64,000 bases of DNA from Candidatus Niyogibacteria bacterium. GTDB lineage: Bacteria; Patescibacteriota; Minisyncoccia; JACROR01. Positions 57,716 to 64,000 of the stretch are shown piece by piece. Location: the NCBI GenBank assembly GCA_016214345.1, contig JACROR010000001.1, forward strand, positions 1,264 to 65,263, written 5' to 3'. Position 1 is the first letter of the stretch; each line of letters starts with the position of its first letter. The notes beneath the pieces are model-generated. The model did no database searches. It saw nothing but the letters and a program-made list of their open reading frames with translations, and had not been told where the DNA came from. The position numbers and the translations under genes are program-made.

Positions 57716-58375
57716 CTATGGCAATTTTTTAAACGCAAAAAATTTACTGCCCAAAAAATTCCCTATAAATGAAATAGGGATCAAGGTAGCCAACACGACA
57801 TTGGCCCATATTTTGGGGTCAAATCCTTGCGGCGCGCCCACCACATTCACCATTAAATGCAAAAAGGTGGTGTTCAAAAGCGAGGTAATGCCAACCACGC
57901 TAAAATATTTAATGTACTCCGATTTGCCGCGATTCGTGCCATAAGCGTTAAATGTCCAAAATTTATTCCAAAAAAATCCATTAGTGGCGGCGGCCACAAA
58001 AGATATGACCGCGAACAGATCGACTGCCAAACCTTGCGTAATGGCGGTGATCCAAATAAGCCCGTTAAATACGCCGATCTGCAAAAAAGTATTAAGCCAT
58101 CCGACGAGGCCGTATTTGCCGACCTCAAATGCCACGGGACGCCATATCAAAGCCATACGATAAAACACAAAAAGGCCTAACGCCGAGGCTAGAGGCAAGA
58201 TCATAAACCAAGCGATGAGCGCCACCCGCAATACCGTGGGATCATATTCGCGCGCGATCTCAAAAATTTTAATATTCTCCAGAACCGGCACGGCAAAAAG
58301 GGCAATAATCGCTCCCGCCGCGAACGCGCGCCAAAAATCCGATTTTGTAAATGAAATATCGCGGTTATGCTCCAT
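57716..58375 (-). CDS. GtrA family flippase-like membrane protein
   Basis: KYGLVGWLNT, NGFFWNKFWTF, NFLGSKFFAF. Confidence 0.85.
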   Translation of the reverse strand: MEHNRDISFTKSDFWRAFAAGAIIALFAVPVLENIKIFEIAREYDPTVLRVALIAWFMILPLASALGLFVFYRMALIWRPVAFEVGKYGLVGWLNTFLQIGVFNGLIWITAITQGLAVDLFAVISFVAAATNGFFWNKFWTFNAYGTNRGKSEYIKYFSVVGITSLLNTTFLHLMVNVVGAPQGFDPKIWANVVLATLIPISFIGNFLGSKFFAFKKLP

Positions 58376-59540
58376 GTTTTATTAAATCTTCTACGAAAGA
58401 TAATATATGAATCACCCTTTTGTCCCAAGTATATTCCCGCGCCTCTGCCTGCGCCCTTTTGGCGCGCACGTCCGCCTTGTTCAAATCGTCCAATATATCC
58501 AAAATGCAATTTACGATCGCATCCGGGTCATCCGGCCTGACCAGCCAAGCATTATTCTCATTTAAAACCTCTCTTAGCGAGGGGGTGTCGGATACGATGA
58601 TCGGCCGCCCCGCAGCCATATACTCAAAAAGTTTCATCGGAGAAGTATATAAACGGGAAATATCTTCTTTGGCGGAATTAGGCATAACCAAAATATCCGC
58701 GGCTTTCAGCCAAAAAGGGATCTCTTGATGCGGACGATGGCCAGCTATCAAAATATGCGGCAAACCGGCAACAGAGCCCCTGAACCTGGCAACATCCTCG
58801 TCGGTTCCGCCGACAAATACGAATAAAATTTCCGACCGCTTGATAAATGGGAACGCGCGCGCCGCTTGAAGCAAAACATCCGCGCCCTTCCACGTATAAA
58901 GATGGCCGGAATATAAAATAATTTTTTTATCAAGCGGCAGAGCTAATTTTTTGCGACACTCGCTTTGCGATTCCCGGATATCGAATTTCCCGACATCAAC
59001 CGCGTCACGCGCCACAATGATCTTTTTCTCATCAATACCGCGCTCCATCAATCCCTTCCGCAATCCATCGCTTATTGCCACCAAGCCGCGACTCCCCTCC
59101 CACGCTAATTTATGCAAGAATGATGCCCTATCTGGCAAATCATGTATCTCATAAAATACCACTTTGCCCAGCAGAAAAAATACCGCGGCGATCAGCGCGT
59201 CACGAGTATAAAAAACCGCGCCTCTTTCAAATAAAAAATAAATTGTCGCAAAGAATGCAAATGATACGCTCTCGATCCAAAACCAGCATGACTTAAAGGC
59301 CGGCAAAAACATCAGATCCAGACAAGGCAATTTCTTGATCTGAAAATCCGACCGCGATCCATAATATTCAAAAGGGCTTTGAGTGATCTTGTTCACACGC
59401 CTCGGAATGACCAATCGTGTCCGCGCGTCAGGCGACGCGTTGCTAACCAAAGCGGACAACATTTGCATTATCTGAATGCCGTGCGCCTTTTCGGTAGGCA
59501 GGCGAACATTGGCTATATATATAAAATTTTTTATGGTCAT
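58365..59540 (-). CDS. Glycosyltransferase family 4 (paralog of 9945-11081)
   Basis: NVRLPTEKAHGIQ, YSGHLYTWKG, SPMKLFEYMAAG. Confidence 0.9.
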   Translation of the reverse strand: MTIKNFIYIANVRLPTEKAHGIQIMQMLSALVSNASPDARTRLVIPRRVNKITQSPFEYYGSRSDFQIKKLPCLDLMFLPAFKSCWFWIESVSFAFFATIYFLFERGAVFYTRDALIAAVFFLLGKVVFYEIHDLPDRASFLHKLAWEGSRGLVAISDGLRKGLMERGIDEKKIIVARDAVDVGKFDIRESQSECRKKLALPLDKKIILYSGHLYTWKGADVLLQAARAFPFIKRSEILFVFVGGTDEDVARFRGSVAGLPHILIAGHRPHQEIPFWLKAADILVMPNSAKEDISRLYTSPMKLFEYMAAGRPIIVSDTPSLREVLNENNAWLVRPDDPDAIVNCILDILDDLNKADVRAKRAQAEAREYTWDKRVIHILSFVEDLIKHGA

Positions 59541-60157
59541 TTTATGGCAAACACGCTATAACCGCTGACTTGAGCGCTATCTGATTTTTTTAACAACACA
59601 TCCATCCATTCCGCCATTTTAACGAAAAATTTGGATCTACCTAAAGGGCTCAAATGGATCCACGTACCTATGGCCCCCCTAACACTTTGTTTTTCAACCG
59701 AAGAAAAATCTTTAAAAAGCAAGTCTACCGCTTCTTTGGTAAATCTCCAATAGTCATGATAGTAGCCTTTTTCCGCGTGAAAATAATAAAGGAACGGCAC
59801 ATAACAAAGGCAGTGTCCGCCGGGCTTGAGTACGCGGCGGATCTCTCGCACCGCCCTCATCGGATCCTCCACATGTTCTAAAACCGCAACGCAGATGATC
59901 GCGTCCTGCGAATCATCCCCGAAAGGCAAATTATGAATGTCTCCCACAATATCCGGATGGTAAGCATCCGACGGGTCCAAAATTTTATAATCTACACCGC
60001 GAGCGCGCGCCAGATCCAGGATCCATTTCCTGGATGCGTCATAACGGTTGCCTTTTTCTTTGGAGATCCGCAATCCGCCACCGATATCCACCACGGATTT
60101 TTTCTCGGTAAAGATCTTGGTTATTTTCTGCTTAAAAAAATCGTCCCATTGCGCCAT
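59537..60157 (-). CDS. Class I SAM methyltransferase
   Basis: VDIGGG, GDIHNLPF, VLEHV, LKPGG, DYWRFT. Confidence 0.85.
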   Translation of the reverse strand: MAQWDDFFKQKITKIFTEKKSVVDIGGGLRISKEKGNRYDASRKWILDLARARGVDYKILDPSDAYHPDIVGDIHNLPFGDDSQDAIICVAVLEHVEDPMRAVREIRRVLKPGGHCLCYVPFLYYFHAEKGYYHDYWRFTKEAVDLLFKDFSSVEKQSVRGAIGTWIHLSPLGRSKFFVKMAEWMDVLLKKSDSAQVSGYSVFAIK

Positions 60158-60158
60158 G

Positions 60159-60821
60159 TTAATTGAAAGATCTAAAAAATAATCCGAGAGCGAATTTTTC
60201 ACGGTTCATTTTGGGCTTCAAATCTAAAATCATTTTATCCAACAACAACACACACGGCAAAATAAAAATTTTCAAAAAACGCGGAAAAACGAATTCCGCC
60301 TGCGAATATCCCGCGCTAAACGGCCCGCGACCCAAAATACTGATCTCAATATTTTTAAAACCGCGATCCTCTAATATTTTACGCAAAGATTCGCTGGTAT
60401 AACGCCAATAGTCGCGAGGGTCGGGATGATATCCCACCAAAAAAGGCACCGCGCCGACAACTCTCCCTTCCGGTTTCAATACTCGTTTTATCTCGGAGAG
60501 CAAAAAAGAGTAATTATAAAGATGCTCCAAAATATTAAACGCCAAAACCATATCCACGCTGTGATCCGCGTATGACAAGGCGTCTTGCTCCAAATTAATG
60601 TGCGAACCGCCGCCAACCTTATCGAAACCCAGATCTAAAGCGATAATTTCAACATTTTCCGATTTTTTCAAAAACCTGTGATAACTCGCCTTATTCAATC
60701 CGCTGCCGATATCTAAGACTTTGCCATGAAGCGAAACATTCCTGCATGCCAAATTCATCAAAATGCGATAAAGATCCTTGCCCCGCCACAACTCTTTTAT
60801 AAAAATAGTCGCGTCTTTCAT
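60159..60821 (-). CDS. Class I SAM methyltransferase
   Basis: LDIGSG, ILEHL, LKPEG, HPDPRDYWRYT. Confidence 0.85.
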   Translation of the reverse strand: MKDATIFIKELWRGKDLYRILMNLACRNVSLHGKVLDIGSGLNKASYHRFLKKSENVEIIALDLGFDKVGGGSHINLEQDALSYADHSVDMVLAFNILEHLYNYSFLLSEIKRVLKPEGRVVGAVPFLVGYHPDPRDYWRYTSESLRKILEDRGFKNIEISILGRGPFSAGYSQAEFVFPRFLKIFILPCVLLLDKMILDLKPKMNREKFALGLFFRSFN

Positions 60822-62647
60822 ATGTGAATCTTATATTGCTTGACCCATATTTGAAAGGTGAGAATCGCCCACAAGATCGTAACATTGTATTCTTTGGAGT
60901 TTTTATGATCTTCCAAAATTCGCGAAACTTCATCCCACTTAAAAATAGGCCGAGTGGCCTCGCAGTAATCCGCGGAGAGCACGGAGCGCGCCACATCATA
61001 GATCTTTGGACGGCGCAGCCATTTGGCGCCGGGGGAAAACCATCCGCGCTTCGGCTGGCGCAAAAGAAAATCCGGAATTCTGCCGCGAAACGCTTCTTTC
61101 AAAATAATTTTGGTATTAAATAGGCCGATCTTGTATTTTAAGGGCAATTTTCCCGCGAATTCCACCAGCTCCTTGTCCAAAAACGGAACCCTCGCCTCCA
61201 AGCCCGCCGACATTGACGCCTTGTCCGTCATCATAAGAGAAAAATCGGGAAGCCACGCTCTCCTATCCGCATCCATGAGCAATTCCTCAAAATTTTTATC
61301 GCTTTTGCCGGCGAAATATTTGTCTTCAAAAAATTTCTTAGAAATACCCGTGTGAAAAAACTTCTCTGATACCGCCCTTTTCAAAATATCGTCTTTCTGA
61401 AACATAAAGAGCGCGAATCTGTCCACGCCCGAAGGAATATTTAATTTTCCAAGACGATCGTTAAAATTTAAAATATCCCTGAGCGGCACGGGCAATCTTT
61501 GATAATAGGTAGCCGCCAAAGACATGCGATACCGATCGTATCCTCCGAAAAGCTCATCTCCGCCGTCTCCCCCCAGCACTACGGTTGCGGTTTTTTTAGT
61601 AAATGAGGCTAATTTCATCATGGCAAGAATGGTGGGATTGGAAATGGGCTCATCCAAATGCCAAATCGCTTTTTCTAAATTATCCAAAACATCCTGTTCC
61701 GACAACATGACCTCATGATGATCAGCGCGATAATACGCCGCGGTTTTACGCGCCAAATAAAAATCCTGGTTGAATTTTTCCCGACCCTCTCCGTCAGACA
61801 GATCAAAGCCTACGGAAAAAGTGTCTATGTTATCGCGCACTTTTGCCACGCAATCTAAAACCACGCTTGAATCTATGCCGCCAGAAAGATAAATTCCCAA
61901 AGGACGATCCGAAACCAATTGTCGCTCCACGGCCCTACACGTCTTGTTGCGCAAATCTATTGCCGCTTCTTTTAAACTGCCGGTAATATAATTGTCGCGA
62001 CCCAACTGCCAATAAGTGTCAATCTCCAAACGCCCGCCCTTCAATACCGCGCGGCTAGCCGGAGGAAGTTTTTTTATGCCATCAAACATGGTCAAGGGCT
62101 CTGGCACATATAAAACGCGAAGATAATGATTAAAAGCCTCTTGGTTTAAAACTCGCGGCACATCGTGTTCCAAAATCGCTTTGATCTCGGAAGAAAATAT
62201 AAATTTTTTATCGTCCCAATAATAATAAAATGGTTTAACCCCGATCTGATCACGCGCCAAAAATAATTCCTGCTTAGCCGCGTCCCAAATCGCGAATGCG
62301 AAAATTCCATTAAATTTTTTAACAGAATCTCTGCCCCATTTTTGATAAGCCGCCAGGATAACTTCTGTATCGCTTGAAGTGCGAAAATTATAATCTCCGA
62401 GCTCTTTTTTAATATCCTGAAAATTATATATTTCGCCGTTAAATACAATGGTTAAATTGCCATCTGCGTTTTTCATGGGCTGGGCGGCGGACATGCTTAG
62501 ATCAATGATGCTAAGACGATCATGTCCCAATGAAACGCCCTCTCCGAAAAAAACACCGGTACCATCAGGCCCGCGATGGCGCGTGACGGCGTTCATTTTT
62601 AATATTAAATTTTTGTCCTGGAAATTAAATCCGTTGATCGCGCACAC
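60818..62647 (-). CDS. asnB: Asparagine synthase-type glutamine amidotransferase (glycan amidation)
   Basis: N-terminal Cys (MCAING), HRGPD, RLSIID, FNGEIYN, LSGGIDSS, GDGGDELFGGY, EARVPFLD. Confidence 0.9.
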   Translation of the reverse strand: MCAINGFNFQDKNLILKMNAVTRHRGPDGTGVFFGEGVSLGHDRLSIIDLSMSAAQPMKNADGNLTIVFNGEIYNFQDIKKELGDYNFRTSSDTEVILAAYQKWGRDSVKKFNGIFAFAIWDAAKQELFLARDQIGVKPFYYYWDDKKFIFSSEIKAILEHDVPRVLNQEAFNHYLRVLYVPEPLTMFDGIKKLPPASRAVLKGGRLEIDTYWQLGRDNYITGSLKEAAIDLRNKTCRAVERQLVSDRPLGIYLSGGIDSSVVLDCVAKVRDNIDTFSVGFDLSDGEGREKFNQDFYLARKTAAYYRADHHEVMLSEQDVLDNLEKAIWHLDEPISNPTILAMMKLASFTKKTATVVLGGDGGDELFGGYDRYRMSLAATYYQRLPVPLRDILNFNDRLGKLNIPSGVDRFALFMFQKDDILKRAVSEKFFHTGISKKFFEDKYFAGKSDKNFEELLMDADRRAWLPDFSLMMTDKASMSAGLEARVPFLDKELVEFAGKLPLKYKIGLFNTKIILKEAFRGRIPDFLLRQPKRGWFSPGAKWLRRPKIYDVARSVLSADYCEATRPIFKWDEVSRILEDHKNSKEYNVTILWAILTFQIWVKQYKIHI

Positions 62648-62656
62648 AAAATTATA

Positions 62657-63424
62657 TTATTTCCTCGCTAAAATAATATTAGTATCACCCATGCCGAGAT
62701 ATGAGCATGCAATAAATCGGAATACATTGACATACAAATCTCTATTGAGAACGAACGCAAATTGAGGCCTCATGCTTTGTACATTCTTTGCCACCACCAC
62801 CTCCATATGAAGCCACTCGCACATCATATACAATTCATTAAGCGTATACTCCCTCCAGTGACCGTCAAATGTATCTCCCTGTTCAAAAAATGTTTGTAAA
62901 TTGCTGAGCGGAGCTCTATTAAATAAAAATCTGACACGATTAAGCAAATGGGTTAGGTTGGGGGTAGCAATATATAGATAGCCGTCCTTTTTTAAATTTG
63001 CTATAAGTCCTTCCATAAATTTTTTTGGACTTTTCTGATGCTCAATCGTTGCCACACTGATAACCACATCATAAATGCCGGAGTTTTTAGAATTAAGTAT
63101 ATCTTTTTCTGAAATAAGTAATCCGTATTTTTTCCAAACCATATGTAGTTGTCTTATAGCATCTCCACGATAATACTGACTATCTCTATTAAAAAGATGC
63201 TTATCCACACCAGAAACATTGCGATATCCTAAAATTTTTAACGCCAATGCAAGGATGCCGATTCCACAACCGGCATCAAGAATGGTTGTTCCTTTGTTTA
63301 TTTTTTTCGTTAAAAAATCAAGATGCACTAAATTATTATTAAATTCCCATCGTTGTTTATCGGAATATGGAGAAAGCGCCTTATATGACTCTCGTAATGC
63401 CTTTTGATTATCTATTGCCATCAA
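62657..63424 (-). CDS. Class I SAM methyltransferase
   Basis: [23 protein letters not shown]. Confidence 0.85.
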   Translation of the reverse strand: MMAIDNQKALRESYKALSPYSDKQRWEFNNNLVHLDFLTKKINKGTTILDAGCGIGILALALKILGYRNVSGVDKHLFNRDSQYYRGDAIRQLHMVWKKYGLLISEKDILNSKNSGIYDVVISVATIEHQKSPKKFMEGLIANLKKDGYLYIATPNLTHLLNRVRFLFNRAPLSNLQTFFEQGDTFDGHWREYTLNELYMMCEWLHMEVVVAKNVQSMRPQFAFVLNRDLYVNVFRFIACSYLGMGDTNIILARK

Positions 63425-64000
63425 AGGTCACTTCTGGCTTCCATCCTAATTTTTTTCTGGCTTTGGAGGAATCGCCCAAAAGATAATTTACTTCAACCGG
63501 TCTATAAAATTCCTTGTTTATTCTTAAAATTACTCTTCCGCTCTCATCTTTACCAACCTCATCAAGTCCTTTGCCGCCCCAAATGATTTGCATATCAAGA
63601 GCCTTGATGGAGGCCTCCACAAAATCTTTGACAGAGTGCGACAAACCCGTTGATATTACATAATCTTCCGGCTTGTCTTGCTGGAGCATCATCCACATAG
63701 CGCGCACATAATCTCCGGCAAAACCCCAATCTCTTTTTGCCTCCAAATTACCGAGCTCAAAACAATCTTTTATTCCTAGCTTAATTTCTGCCAAAGAACG
63801 GGTAATTTTTCTCGTGACAAAATGCTTGCCCCTTCTGGGCGATTCATGGTTAAAAAGAATGCCCGAACAAATAAAAAGGCCGTGTCTTTCCCTGTACCCC
63901 GCCACATAATCTTCGTGCGCTTTTAATTTTGCTTCGCCATAAGGACTTACCGGAGCAAACGGCGATTGTTCATTTTGCGGCGGATTAGTTTTCCCGAACA
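63408..64000 (-). CDS. gmd: GDP-mannose 4,6-dehydratase, second copy; 5' end outside the window, C-terminus apparently shortened
   Basis: [43 protein letters not shown] then early stop. Confidence 0.85.
   Translation of the reverse strand, partial: FGKTNPPQNEQSPFAPVSPYGEAKLKAHEDYVAGYRERHGLFICSGILFNHESPRRGKHFVTRKITRSLAEIKLGIKDCFELGNLEAKRDWGFAGDYVRAMWMMLQQDKPEDYVISTGLSHSVKDFVEASIKALDMQIIWGGKGLDEVGKDESGRVILRINKEFYRPVEVNYLLGDSSKARKKLGWKPEVTFDGNR

Noticed and set aside
60818-62647. Housekeeping asparagine synthesis
   Set aside because: Embedded among methyl- and glycosyltransferases, typical of glycan amidotransferases
1-64000. tRNA/rRNA, riboswitch, prophage, or alternative genetic code 25
   Set aside because: No cloverleaf, rRNA, riboswitch or phage hallmark recognised by eye; TGA ends complete genes and long ORFs are intact under code 11

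Overview
A 64-kb, gene-dense bacterial window read with genetic code 11. It is most likely from a Patescibacteria/CPR (Parcubacteria-like) genome; this is inferred from protein types, palindromic repeat families and promoter style, not from a marker gene. After a few accessory genes (DUF4015-like hydrolase, FAD oxidoreductase, VKOR, EamA, DeoC), about 57 kb (6.5-64 kb, open at the right edge) is one very large, mosaic surface-glycan locus. Assembly genes: a priming glycosyltransferase, GT4/GT2 enzymes, an O-antigen-ligase/TPR protein beside two secreted Ser/Thr/Ala/Pro-rich proteins, an ABC flippase, and a GtrA + GT2 + GT-C-like trio. Sugar synthesis: two nonulosonic-acid modules, one a non-canonical pseudaminic-type pathway (PseB, NeuB, SpsF, class III aminotransferase, WbuX/HisF/HisH) with an uncharacterised 217-aa gene where PseG is expected; and a transaldolase-GmhA-GHMP kinase-GmhB-nucleotidyltransferase heptose/octose module. 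Tailoring: 8 SAM methyltransferases, 2 radical SAM enzymes, a carbamoyltransferase and an AsnB-type amidotransferase. Non-coding signals: in-frame palindromic insertions in genes, an inverted-repeat-flanked DUF2156 cassette next to an IS30 remnant, and two distinct 5'-end architectures (leaderless versus boxA-like motif plus Shine-Dalgarno). No rRNA, tRNA, CRISPR array or reverse transcriptase was seen. All functional calls come from motif recognition by eye; no database search was run.
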